Of a DNA stretch of 64,000 bases, positions 30,508 to 40,018 are shown piece by piece. Origin of the DNA: Pandoraea sp. (GTDB lineage Bacteria > Pseudomonadota > Gammaproteobacteria > Burkholderiales > Burkholderiaceae). A model generated the notes under the pieces. The model was not told the DNA's origin. It did not search any database and saw only the letters and a program-made list of their open reading frames with translations. Position 1 is the first letter of the stretch; every line of letters starts with the position of its first letter. A program made the translations under genes and the position numbers. The stretch spans positions 436 through 64,435 of the forward strand of contig JARLJF010000092.1 of NCBI GenBank assembly GCA_031291335.1, read 5' to 3'.

Positions 30508-31094
30508 GCGGGGCCACCGTGAGCGCAGAGCCCGCGGTGGCGCGCACTCGCGTGCTGCGACGGCTCGACGCGCTGTTGCAGGGCGTGAGCCGTCTGCTCA
30601 TGATCGTGTGCATGCTGGCGCTGGTCGGCGCTGCCCTGGTGCTGAGTTACAGCGTGTTCGCGCGACATGTGCTCAAGCTCGCGAGCGACTGGCAGGACGA
30701 AGCCGCCGTGTTCCTGCTGGTCGGCGCGACCTTCGTCTCTGCCGCGCACGTGCAGCACTTGCGCGGACACATCGGCATCGAAGCCATCACCACGTTGTTG
30801 TCGCCGCGCGTGAACCGGGTGCGCCGATGGATTGTGGACATCGTCACGTTCGCGTTCTGTGGCTTCTTCGCGTGGAAATCGTGGACGCTGTTCTGGGAAG
30901 CCTATGTCGACGGCCAGACGAGCAGCTCGACATGGGGGCCGCCGCTGTCGATTCCCTACGGCCTGATGGCATTCGGCATGACCTTGCTGACGGTGCAACT
31001 ACTGCTGCAAGTGGCGATTGGGGCTTGTGAGATGGGGAAAACACCGGGCCGGGACACACCGCTCGCGTCGGATCGCACGGGGGGGCACGCATGA
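30504..31094 (+). CDS. dctQ: TRAP transporter small permease (DctQ)
   Basis: Four TM segments, WQDE and GHIGIE motifs; ATGA overlaps on both sides. Confidence 0.88.
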   Translation: MSGATVSAEPAVARTRVLRRLDALLQGVSRLLMIVCMLALVGAALVLSYSVFARHVLKLASDWQDEAAVFLLVGATFVSAAHVQHLRGHIGIEAITTLLSPRVNRVRRWIVDIVTFAFCGFFAWKSWTLFWEAYVDGQTSSSTWGPPLSIPYGLMAFGMTLLTVQLLLQVAIGACEMGKTPGRDTPLASDRTGGHA

Positions 31095-32434
31095 GCGAAC
31101 TCGGTATCGGATTGCTGTATGGCGGCGCAACGCTCGTCGCCATGTTCTCGGGCATGCCCATTGCGTTCGCGCTCGGGGCCGTGGCGGTGGCGTTCATGTT
31201 CGGCTTCATGCCGGCGTCGTCGCTCGACACCATTACCCAAAATGTCTATGAGGAAATGGCCAGCATTACGCTGCTGTCGATCCCGCTTTTCATTCTGAAG
31301 GGCGCGGCCATCGGCAAGTCACGCGCGGGGCAGGATCTGTATCTCGCGCTGCATGCGTGGATGCGACGGATTCCGGGGGGGCTTGGCATCGCCAACGTCT
31401 TCGCCTGCGGGCTGTTCGCCGCGATGGCCGGCTCGAGCCCGGCCACGTGCTCCGCCATCGGCAGCGCGGGGATTCCGGAGATGCGTCAACGCGGCTATTC
31501 GCCGGGATTCGCCGCCGGGATCATCGCGGCGGGCGGCACGCTGGGCATTCTGCTGCCGCCGTCGATCACGATGATCCTCTACGCGGTGGCGGCAGAGCAG
31601 TCGCTCGGGCGTCTGTTCCTCGCGGGAATCGTGCCTGCGCTGTTGCTCGTCGCGCTGTTCTCTTGTTATGCGGCTTGGCGCTACCGGAAGGAGTACGGAC
31701 GCGCACAACTGGCACTCGCCCGCGATGGCACGCCGTCGCCGTTTCCGAGCGAGCCGCCGGCCACGATGCGCGAGAAGCTGGCGCTGCTGCCACGCGTGCT
31801 GCCGTTCGTGACACTACTCATCGGCGTCATGGCGGCGCTCTACGGCGGGTACGCCACGCCTTCCGAAACGGCCGGCCTTGGCGGATTGCTGGCGCTCGCG
31901 CTCATCGCCGTGATTTACCGGATGTGGAAGCCGCGTCAACTCGCGCCGATTCTCACCGGCACGTTGCGCGAGTCGACCATGCTTATGTTCATCATCGGCA
32001 TGTCGCTGCTCTATTCCTACGTGATGAGCTACCTGCACATCAGCCAGTCGGCCGCGCAATGGATCGTGGGGCTGCATCTGTCGCGCTGGGTGCTGCTTGC
32101 CGCGATCTTGCTCATGGTCGTCGTGCTGGGCTTCTTCCTGCCGCCGGTGAGCATCATTCTGATGACGGCGCCGATCATTCTGCCGCCGCTGCGCGCTGCG
32201 GGTTTCGATCTGGTGTGGTTTGGGGTGGTCATGACGATCGTCATGGAATTGGGGTTGATCCATCCGCCGGTGGGTCTCAACATATTCGTCATCAAGAACA
32301 CGGCGCCCGATATCGCGTTGCGCGACATCGTGTGGGGCGTAATGCCGTTCGTGGTGCTGATGATGGTGGCCGTCGTTCTCATCTGCCTGCTGCCCGGGCT
32401 GTCGCTGTGGCTGCCGGACCAACTAATGGGATGA
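31091..32434 (+). CDS. dctM: TRAP transporter large permease (DctM)
   Basis: SIPLFIL, GSSPAT, GTLGILLPPS, TPSE and HPPVGLN motifs. Confidence 0.92.
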   Translation: MSELGIGLLYGGATLVAMFSGMPIAFALGAVAVAFMFGFMPASSLDTITQNVYEEMASITLLSIPLFILKGAAIGKSRAGQDLYLALHAWMRRIPGGLGIANVFACGLFAAMAGSSPATCSAIGSAGIPEMRQRGYSPGFAAGIIAAGGTLGILLPPSITMILYAVAAEQSLGRLFLAGIVPALLLVALFSCYAAWRYRKEYGRAQLALARDGTPSPFPSEPPATMREKLALLPRVLPFVTLLIGVMAALYGGYATPSETAGLGGLLALALIAVIYRMWKPRQLAPILTGTLRESTMLMFIIGMSLLYSYVMSYLHISQSAAQWIVGLHLSRWVLLAAILLMVVVLGFFLPPVSIILMTAPIILPPLRAAGFDLVWFGVVMTIVMELGLIHPPVGLNIFVIKNTAPDIALRDIVWGVMPFVVLMMVAVVLICLLPGLSLWLPDQLMG

Positions 32435-32551
32435 GGGGGATAGGTGACGTGTGGTGATGTGCGGGCACCGATCTACCGCGAGCAGGTCGTATCTGTTTTG
32501 TTGGGTTTTTCCGCACTAGCGTATTGAATGAAAGTCATGAGAGAGGAAGCC

Positions 32552-34162
32552 ATGAAGGATGAGCCGATCATGTCAGCCATGTCCGTTCCGGTAGCGTTGA
32601 GTCCGTCTGCGTCGTCGGCGGCCGAGTCGTCCTCGTTGGCCGGGGTAGCGGGGGTAGCGGGGGTAGCGGGGGCCGCGGTATCCCAGTCGTCTACCTCGCC
32701 CGGACGGGGTGCGCCGGAGAGTGTTGCCGACGTCGCCGCGCCGGTGCCATCGCCGAAGCCCTCGCTGGGCGAGAGGCTGGGACATTGGTTCGGACGCGGG
32801 GCGGGCAAGACCGGCGGGCAGGGCGGTGGGCCGAAGGACGGCAAAGGTGACAAGGGAGACGGCAAGGTGGTCCCCGCGAAGCTGTCGCCACGGGCGGAGG
32901 GTGCGCTGCGTCGGCAGTTGACGCAGTGCCTGTCGGCGCGTCTGACAGACTCTGCCGCGAACGAGGCCGCGCGCGACTTCATGGCGCGTTACGGTGCAGC
33001 GTCGCCAGAAGAGCAACTGGCGCTGCTCACGGTCGTTGCCGATATCTGTGCGAGCGATGGCAGTGCGGGCGCCGACACGGGCAAGGATGGGGACGGCGCC
33101 GGTGCCAAACGTGCCGCGAGTGGATTGGCGGGCGCGCTGGGCAGTGCGCGCGTGCGGTTTCTCAAGCGCTTCAACGCGTTGCCCGACGGCCTGCCGTTCC
33201 TCGTGCGCTGGCGCTCGGACATGCTCCATCATCGCTCGTCGCTGCCCGGCCTTGCCGCGCTCGAGGAAGATCTCGGCAGCCTCTTCTCGACATGGTTCGA
33301 TGTCGGCCTGCTGGAGTTGCATCCGATTACGTGGGATTCGCCCGCGTCGCTGCTCGAAAAGCTCATGCGCTACGAAGCGGTGCACGAGATATCGTCGTGG
33401 GCCGACTTGCGTAACCGGCTTGACTCCGACCGCCGGTGCTACGCGTTCTTCCATCCACGCATGCCCCGCGAGCCGTTGATTTTTGTCGAAGTGGCGTTCG
33501 TCCCGGACATGGCGGCCGACGTGCATTCGCTGCTCGATGAGAAGGCGCCGCTGGAAGACTTGCGCCGCGTGCGCTGGGCGATTTTCTATTCGATCTCGAA
33601 CACGCAACCGGGGCTGCGCGGCGTGAGCTTCGGCAACTTCCTGCTCAAGCGCGTGATCGACGAACTGCAAGTCGATTTCCCGAAGCTGCGCAACTTCGCG
33701 ACGCTGTCGCCCATCCCCGGCTTCAACGACTGGCTCAAGCAACTGACGTCGCAAGCCCTCGCCGAGGCACTGGGTCCGAAGCGGGCGAAGCTGCTGGCGC
33801 AGGAGGCCTCGCTGGCATCGGCGGCCTCGGGGGCGCAGATGGTGGCGTGGTTGCAGACATCAGCGGAGCGCAAGAGTGTGCAGGCTCTGCAGCGCAGTCT
33901 TGGCGAGGCGCTGGCTGCGCACTATCTGGCGCGCGAAACCGTGCGTGCACAGCCGCGCGACCCGGTCGCCCGATTCCATTTGGGCAACGGTGCGCGTGTG
34001 GAACGCATCAACTGGCATGCGGATCTCTCAAAGAAAGGCGCGAAGCAGTCGTGCGGCATGATGGTCAACTATCTCTACGAACCCGACGAACTCGACGCCA
34101 ATCTGCAGCGCCTGATCGACGGCGAACCCGCGCTCGGACGCGCCGTTTCACGCCTGCTCTGA
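32552..34162 (+). CDS. matA: Malonyl-CoA decarboxylase with low-complexity N-terminal extension
   Basis: YEAVHEI, DRRCYAFFHP, FYSISNTQPGLRGVSFGNFLLKRV, TLSPIPGF, DPVARFHLGNGA and GMMVNY motifs. Alternative start 32528. Confidence 0.93.
   Translation: MKDEPIMSAMSVPVALSPSASSAAESSSLAGVAGVAGVAGAAVSQSSTSPGRGAPESVADVAAPVPSPKPSLGERLGHWFGRGAGKTGGQGGGPKDGKGDKGDGKVVPAKLSPRAEGALRRQLTQCLSARLTDSAANEAARDFMARYGAASPEEQLALLTVVADICASDGSAGADTGKDGDGAGAKRAASGLAGALGSARVRFLKRFNALPDGLPFLVRWRSDMLHHRSSLPGLAALEEDLGSLFSTWFDVGLLELHPITWDSPASLLEKLMRYEAVHEISSWADLRNRLDSDRRCYAFFHPRMPREPLIFVEVAFVPDMAADVHSLLDEKAPLEDLRRVRWAIFYSISNTQPGLRGVSFGNFLLKRVIDELQVDFPKLRNFATLSPIPGFNDWLKQLTSQALAEALGPKRAKLLAQEASLASAASGAQMVAWLQTSAERKSVQALQRSLGEALAAHYLARETVRAQPRDPVARFHLGNGARVERINWHADLSKKGAKQSCGMMVNYLYEPDELDANLQRLIDGEPALGRAVSRLL
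32642..32668 (+). repeat. In-frame 9-bp tandem repeat (GGGGTAGCG)x3
   Basis: Read directly; encodes GVA-GVA-GVA in the MatA extension. Confidence 0.85.
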
Positions 34163-34211
34163 GCACCATGAACGGCGGGGACAGCGGCAGCGGCAAACGT
34201 CCATCAACATC

Positions 34212-35012
34212 ATGGAGACACGTGTGAGTGAAGTGCTTCGCGACGACAGTTCGCTTGACGAGGGATGGGTCACACTGACGCTATCGAATCCCGGCAAACT
34301 CAACGCCATTTCGGTGGCGATGTGGCGTGCATTACGCGCGCATGTGCAGGCGCTTGATGAGGACGATCGGGTGCGCGCCATCGTCATTCGCGGCGCGCAA
34401 GGCAACTTCGCCGCCGGTGCCGATATTGAGGAGTTTCCGGTCGAGCGCGGTAGCTACGATACGCTGCGCCGCTACCACGGCGAGGTGATCGGGCCGACGC
34501 TGGAAGCGCTGGCACGTTGCCGGCATCCGAGCGTTGCGCTGATCGAAGGGGTGTGCGTGGGCGGCGGTCTGGAGATCGCGTCACATTGCGATCTGCGCAT
34601 CGCGGGGGAGGGCGCGCGGTTCGGCGTGCCGATCAACAAGCTCGGCTTCCCGATGGCGCCCGGCGAATTGCGCGGCGTGCTGGCGCTGGTGGGGCGCGCG
34701 ACCGCGCTTGAGATCCTGCTCGAAGGGCGTGTTTTCGGTGCGGCGGAAGCGCGTGAGAAAGGACTGCTCACGCGTGTGGTCGCAGACGAGGAGGTGGAAG
34801 AAGCGGGCTACACTTGCGCCCGACGCCTCGCCGCCGGTGCACCGCTCGCCGCACAATTGAACAAATGGCTGATCGCCCGGCTGGCACCGACGGTACCGCC
34901 ATTGTCCGAGGCCGAATGGCAGAAGGCCTTTTCGTATTGGGACTCGCACGATCACCACGAAGGCGTGGCAGCATTCCTGGAGAAGCGACCGCCCGATTTC
35001 CGGGGGCGCTGA
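34212..35012 (+). CDS. Crotonase-superfamily (enoyl-CoA hydratase-like) protein
   Basis: FAAGADI, CVGGGLEI, CDLR and EGVAAFLEKRPPDF motifs. Confidence 0.88.
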   Translation: METRVSEVLRDDSSLDEGWVTLTLSNPGKLNAISVAMWRALRAHVQALDEDDRVRAIVIRGAQGNFAAGADIEEFPVERGSYDTLRRYHGEVIGPTLEALARCRHPSVALIEGVCVGGGLEIASHCDLRIAGEGARFGVPINKLGFPMAPGELRGVLALVGRATALEILLEGRVFGAAEAREKGLLTRVVADEEVEEAGYTCARRLAAGAPLAAQLNKWLIARLAPTVPPLSEAEWQKAFSYWDSHDHHEGVAAFLEKRPPDFRGR

Positions 35013-35087
35013 GTGCCGACACACCCCGGCCCGATCCGATTTCACTGACTAATCGATGTATTCACTGTTTCGAACCCGGTTCTGTTT

Positions 35088-36620
35088 ATGACGCAAGACG
35101 CCAACCTCTACCGACTCTTTGCCGAACGTTTTCCCGCCGATAAATCGGCGTGCGCCATCGAGACGCCCGAAGGGCTTTATTACAGTTGGGACGACCTCGA
35201 GCATGCGAGCGCACGCATTGCGAACCTGCTCGCGAGCCTTGATCTGACGCCGGGGGCGCGCATCGCCGTTCAGGTCGAGAAGTCTCCTGAAGCGCTGCTG
35301 CTGTACCTCGCCACCCTGCGCGCGGGGTTCGTCTATCTGCCGCTCAACACTGCGTATCGAGAAGGCGAGATCGCTTACTTCGTCGAGAACGCTGAGCCGG
35401 ACGTTGTCGTGTGCAGCCCGGCGAATTTCGGCTGGGTTTCGAAGATTGCGTTCACGAACGGCGCGAAGCACGTCTACACGCTGGGCGACGATCGCACCGG
35501 CTCACTGCTGGAGCGCGCGGCGTGGTTCGGCGATACCTTCGAGACAGTGCCGCGCGCGCCCGACGACCTCGCCGCGATTCTCTATACCTCGGGCACGACG
35601 GGCCGCAGCAAGGGCGCCATGCTCTCGCACGGCAACCTCGCGAGCAACACGCGTGTGCTGCACGCGTTCTGGGGCTGGGGCGAGCGTGAAGGCGGCGATG
35701 TGCTGCTGCACGCGCTGCCGATTTTCCACGTACACGGGTTGTTCGTCGCCAGCCATGCCGCCCTGTACTCGGGCAGCAAGATGATCTGGCTGACGAAGTT
35801 CGATGCGCGTGAAGTGCTGCATCAACTGGCGCGTGCCACGGTGTTCATGGGCGTGCCGACGTATTACGTCAGGCTGCTGGCGGAGCCGGGACTCACTCGC
35901 GAGGCGTGTCGCAACGTGCGTCTGTTCATCTCGGGTTCGGCGCCGTTGCTGCGTGAGACGTTCGATGCTTTCCGAGAACGCACGGGGCACACGATTCTGG
36001 AGCGCTACGGCATGTCCGAGACGATCATGCTCGTCTCGAATCCGTATCACGGCGACGCCGCGAGCGTGCGCCGTGCGGGTACCGTCGGCGTGCCGCTGCC
36101 GGAGGTGACGGTGCGCGTGGTGGGTGACGATGGGCAACCGAGCAAGCAAGGCGACATCGGCCACATTCAGGTCAAGGGGCCGAATGTGTTTGCAGGCTAC
36201 TGGCGTATGCCGGAGAAGACCGCGGAAGAGTTCACCGGCGATGGCTTCTTCAAGACGGGGGATGTCGGCAAGTTCGATGACGACGGTTACGTGCATATCG
36301 TCGGCCGCTCGAAGGATCTCATCATCTCTGGCGGGTACAACGTCTATCCGAAGGAGATCGAAGGCTTCATCGACGAGATGGACGGGGTAGCCGAGTCGGC
36401 CGTCATCGGTGTGCCGCATCCGGACTTCGGTGAGGCGGTGGTGGCAGTGATCGTGCCGCGCGATGGTGGGCAGGCGCCGGATGAACGAGCCGTCATCGAC
36501 GCGCTCAAGCAGCGCATCGCCAACTTCAAGGTGCCCAAGCGCGTGCACATCGTCACGGAATTGCCGCGCAACACGATGGGCAAGGTGCAGAAGAATCTGC
36601 TGCGCGATCGCTTCAAATAA
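35088..36620 (+). CDS. matB: Malonyl-CoA synthetase
   Basis: YTSGTTGRSKG, LPIFHVHGLFVA, ERYGMSE, GRSKDLIISGGYNVYP and PRNTMGKVQK motifs; malonate gene context. Confidence 0.93.
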   Translation: MTQDANLYRLFAERFPADKSACAIETPEGLYYSWDDLEHASARIANLLASLDLTPGARIAVQVEKSPEALLLYLATLRAGFVYLPLNTAYREGEIAYFVENAEPDVVVCSPANFGWVSKIAFTNGAKHVYTLGDDRTGSLLERAAWFGDTFETVPRAPDDLAAILYTSGTTGRSKGAMLSHGNLASNTRVLHAFWGWGEREGGDVLLHALPIFHVHGLFVASHAALYSGSKMIWLTKFDAREVLHQLARATVFMGVPTYYVRLLAEPGLTREACRNVRLFISGSAPLLRETFDAFRERTGHTILERYGMSETIMLVSNPYHGDAASVRRAGTVGVPLPEVTVRVVGDDGQPSKQGDIGHIQVKGPNVFAGYWRMPEKTAEEFTGDGFFKTGDVGKFDDDGYVHIVGRSKDLIISGGYNVYPKEIEGFIDEMDGVAESAVIGVPHPDFGEAVVAVIVPRDGGQAPDERAVIDALKQRIANFKVPKRVHIVTELPRNTMGKVQKNLLRDRFK

Positions 36621-36693
36621 GCGGCATGCGGCATGTTGTCGCAAGCGCTGACGCGGCACTGTGCTGCGCCTGCGTGGTTTTGCCGCAGACATG

Positions 36694-36724
36694 AAAATGC
36701 CGCCCTTGTTGGGGCGGCATTTTT
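36694..36724. terminator. Bidirectional intrinsic terminator
   Basis: AAAATGCCGCCC-TTGTTG-GGGCGGCATTTTT between convergent genes. Confidence 0.8.
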
Positions 36725-36776
36725 CGTTGGTGCGATGGCCGGTGTGCGTGGGCAACAACCGGCCAGGGGGCACGTC

Positions 36777-37484
36777 TTACTTCATCTGTACGGAGCCCGA
36801 GACCGTCACGGTCACTTGCGTCTTGCCGCCTTCGAGTTGCATCGGCGGGGCGGCGTCGGCACTGGCGCTCATGGCCATGGCCTTCATCGCATACGGGCGC
36901 GGCATCATCGGCGCGTTGGAGCCGACCTGTACCTGACGGATCGTGTAGCTGCTGTAGCCGAAGGCCTTCGTGTTGTTCTGCGCCTGATCGCGGAACGCCT
37001 GAATGGCCTGGTTGGTCAACTCGGCCTGTGTCTTCTCCTGCGCTTCACGCGAGAGCGAGAACGACACGCCGTCCATCTGCATCTGGTTCGATATCTGGCT
37101 TGCGAGACGCGACGCTGCACCGAAATCCTTCGACGTCATTTGCAACTCGGTGCGGCCGCGCCACGCCGTAATCTTGCCGTCGCGGTTGGTCGTCGGATAG
37201 AGCGAGACGTTGCCGGTCTGAACTTGCACGCCATTCTGCCCCTTGGCGATGGACATCGCGCTGTTGGCCTTCTGCGTGAGGTTGCGCGACACGGTGGCCG
37301 CATCCGGGCCTTGCTCTTGCGCCGACATCGTGATGTGAACGGTATCCTGTTCGACTTCCTTCGTGGCATTCGCTTCCAGACCCAATACGCCCGAGAGCTG
37401 ACGGTTCGCGTCGTCACCCGACTGGGCGTAGGCCGCGTTGGCGGCGGTGGCAATCAGAAGAGCAGCAGCGAGAGATTTGCGCAT
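36777..37484 (-). CDS. SIMPL/DUF541 family periplasmic protein
   Basis: Signal peptide; EVEQD, FSLSRE and C-terminal EGGKTQVTVTVSGSVQM. Confidence 0.85.
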   Translation of the reverse strand: MRKSLAAALLIATAANAAYAQSGDDANRQLSGVLGLEANATKEVEQDTVHITMSAQEQGPDAATVSRNLTQKANSAMSIAKGQNGVQVQTGNVSLYPTTNRDGKITAWRGRTELQMTSKDFGAASRLASQISNQMQMDGVSFSLSREAQEKTQAELTNQAIQAFRDQAQNNTKAFGYSSYTIRQVQVGSNAPMMPRPYAMKAMAMSASADAAPPMQLEGGKTQVTVTVSGSVQMK

Positions 37485-37669
37485 AGTGTTGTCCTTTTTC
37501 GAATGTTAGTTCGCGTCTGAGCGGCGAACGTTTGACCGATCACAGGGATCGCCTTCGTGGCATACCTCGCCTGAATGATGCGGCAAGTGGGTGCCTACTA
37601 TGCGTGTCCCGGTAACGTTATACAGACGCTATCGCAACAATTTTGTTCCCGAGGGTCCCCTCAAGTCCT

Positions 37670-38140
37670 TCATTCCTTAAGTAAGTGTTTGCTGATGAAC
37701 TTCCAGTGCTCGGGGGAGACGGGGGTGATCGAGAGGCGATTGCCGCGCGCGAGCACAAGCATACTGTCGAGTTCGGGTGTCTGGCGCAATTCGGTCAGCG
37801 GCACGAGTCGCGTCTTTCGATCGAGTTTGACATCGACGAGTAGCCAACGCGGAGATTCCGGCTTCGACTTGGGATCGAAGTAGGGACTCTTCGGGTCAAA
37901 CTGCGTGGGATCGGGATACGGTGTCGAGGCGATGGTCGCGAGTCCGGCGATGCCGGGCACGGCGCAGCTCGAGTGGTAGAAGAGTACGCCGTCGCCCACT
38001 TGCATGCCGTCGCGCATGAAGTTGCGTGCCTGATAATTGCGCACCCCGGTCCACGGAAGGGTCTGGTGCCTGGCGCTGGCGAGATCGTCGATGCTCGCCT
38101 CTTCGGGTTCGGACTTCATCAACCAGTAGCGTTGCGTCAT
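37670..38140 (-). CDS. EVE domain protein
   Basis: YWLMKSEP, WTGVRNYQARN, FYHS, YPDPTQFD and RLSITPV motifs. Confidence 0.92.
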   Translation of the reverse strand: MTQRYWLMKSEPEEASIDDLASARHQTLPWTGVRNYQARNFMRDGMQVGDGVLFYHSSCAVPGIAGLATIASTPYPDPTQFDPKSPYFDPKSKPESPRWLLVDVKLDRKTRLVPLTELRQTPELDSMLVLARGNRLSITPVSPEHWKFISKHLLKE

Positions 38141-38454
38141 GTCGTTTCGGAGTTTAAGTTGGCGCAACGGTGACAAACATCGCTCAAATGAGCCGGAAGG
38201 CGACGCATTTGTAATCGATTGTTTGCCGCGCTGCGATATTTGGCCAATTCCTATACTATGCCTTGGTGACCTTCGTGTGACGTTTCAAGTGACGGACGGG
38301 TGCCATGGCGTCAAAGGCGTACTGCGGGGTGTGCTGCGGGTTGCAGTGCACAACGCGTTTGTTGGCCTGCCCGTTCGCAACCGTTGGCACCTGGTCGCGC
38401 GTACGTGCCTGAGCGATACATGTTCGATTCCCTATGCCGATAGGAGAGTGTGTC

Positions 38455-39243
38455 ATGGCAGCAGAGCCGTCTGTCCGAACCAACGGGTTCATCTTCTATT
38501 CTCTCGCCACGGTGTCGTTTATCGAGACCAGCGTCCCCGAGTTCGTCTCCACCCTCAACCAGATGTATGGCGACGACGACGAGATGAGAACGTGGCTGCG
38601 CGATACCTGGCTGCCCGAGGAAGTCGAGCACGGGCGCCTTGCCAAGGACTATATCGCACGCGTCTGGCCCGAGTTCGACTGGCCGAATGCTTATGACGCC
38701 TTCCTGGCCCGATACAAGCCGCGCTGCGACGTGCAGTACATGCGGCCGTCGTTGGCGCTGGAGGCGCTGTCCCGCTGCGTGACCGAGACGCAGACCGCCA
38801 TGATCTATCGCTGCCTTGAGTCCTATATGCCGGTCGAGGAGCTCAAGCAGATGATGCACAAGCTGAGCAACGAAGAGGTCGGCCACTACCGCTATTTCCG
38901 CAAGACGTTCGACCGGTATAACGCCGTGGAGCAGCACGGGATCATCAGTCGGCTGCGCACCATGGTGGCGCGTAGCGAGCTGGTGCGCGACGAGGACATT
39001 GCTTTCGCGTTCGAGCCGCTCAATCACTTCTGGGGCTCGCCGCCGCCGTTCGAGACGATGACCTGGGACGCTTTCCTGGCAATGTCGGGTGACGTGATGA
39101 AGCAGTACATGCCGGTAGAGGCGGCCACGCGCATGATGTTCAAGCCGCTTGAGACCGGATCGTGGTGGCGTGATCGTCCGGTCAAGGCGCTGATGTCCTT
39201 TATGGTGAAGCGCCAGTACCCGCAGTTGGGCAGCGAGGCTTGA
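38455..39243 (+). CDS. Ferritin-like (diiron carboxylate) domain protein
   Basis: RBS AGGAGAG; SFIE...EEVEHG...VTETQT...EEVGHY gives the E/ExxH pattern twice. Confidence 0.75.
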   Translation: MAAEPSVRTNGFIFYSLATVSFIETSVPEFVSTLNQMYGDDDEMRTWLRDTWLPEEVEHGRLAKDYIARVWPEFDWPNAYDAFLARYKPRCDVQYMRPSLALEALSRCVTETQTAMIYRCLESYMPVEELKQMMHKLSNEEVGHYRYFRKTFDRYNAVEQHGIISRLRTMVARSELVRDEDIAFAFEPLNHFWGSPPPFETMTWDAFLAMSGDVMKQYMPVEAATRMMFKPLETGSWWRDRPVKALMSFMVKRQYPQLGSEA

Positions 39244-39301
39244 CCGGCGGCCGGGCCGCCTGATCGCCACCGTCTGTCGTCAGTTTGCCTGGCGACAGAC
39301 G

Positions 39302-39331
39302 AAAAAAAACCCCGCCGAGGCGGGGTTTTTT
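39302..39331. terminator. Bidirectional intrinsic terminator
   Basis: AAAAAAAACCCCGCC-GA-GGCGGGGTTTTTT between convergent genes. Confidence 0.88.
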
Positions 39332-39349
39332 CGTAGTCGGTGAACCGTA

Positions 39350-40018
39350 TTACTTGTTCGTGCCGACGACTTCGACTTCCACGCGACGATCCGGTGCCAG
39401 GCACTTGATCAGCTGACCGCGGTTCTTCTGGTTGCAACCAGTCGTAACCGGGTTACGCTTGCCCTTGCCTTCGGTGTACACGCGGTTGGCTTCGACGCCC
39501 TTGCTGACCAGGTAGGCCTTCACAGCTTGAGCACGACGCAGCGACAGACGGTCGTTGTACTTGTCCGAACCGATGCGGTCGGTGTAGCCCGTGGCAACCA
39601 CGACTTCGAGGTTCAGAGCCTGAACCTTGCCAGCCAGGTCGTCCAGCTTGGCCTTGCCTTCCGGCTTCAGGATAGCCTTGTCGAAATCGAACAGGGCGTC
39701 AGCCTGATAGGTCACCTTTTGCGAGACCGGAGCTGCCGGAACCACCGGAGCCGGTGCCGGAGCCGGTGCCTGGGCGATGATCGAGCCATCGCACTTGGCA
39801 TTGGCCGTGGCCGGGGTCCAGTAGGCATCGCGCCAGCACAGTTCGTCCGAGCCGTTCTTCCAAACCCACTCGCCGCTGCCGTTCACCCAGTTGTCGTTGA
39901 CTGCTTGTTTCGAGGCCGCGATCGGGCCCGGAGCGGTCTGGACGTAGTTTTGGGCCATAGCCGAAGCAGCCATCACTGCGGTAGCTGCAACGATCGCGAG
40001 CTTAGCGAATTTATTCAT
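39350..40018 (-). CDS. ompA: OmpA family protein (betaproteobacterial type)
   Basis: CWRD, PAPAP linker, LFDFDK, GYTDRIG, LSLRRA and DRRVEVE motifs. Confidence 0.93.
   Translation of the reverse strand: MNKFAKLAIVAATAVMAASAMAQNYVQTAPGPIAASKQAVNDNWVNGSGEWVWKNGSDELCWRDAYWTPATANAKCDGSIIAQAPAPAPAPVVPAAPVSQKVTYQADALFDFDKAILKPEGKAKLDDLAGKVQALNLEVVVATGYTDRIGSDKYNDRLSLRRAQAVKAYLVSKGVEANRVYTEGKGKRNPVTTGCNQKNRGQLIKCLAPDRRVEVEVVGTNK

Noticed and set aside
38384-38400. TTGGCAC as a possible sigma-54 promoter for the ferritin-like gene
   Set aside because: The GG-N10-GC spacing is not met.
38141-38454. 6S RNA expected upstream of EVE
   Set aside because: I could not recognise 6S-like sequence; a covariance-model search is needed to be sure.
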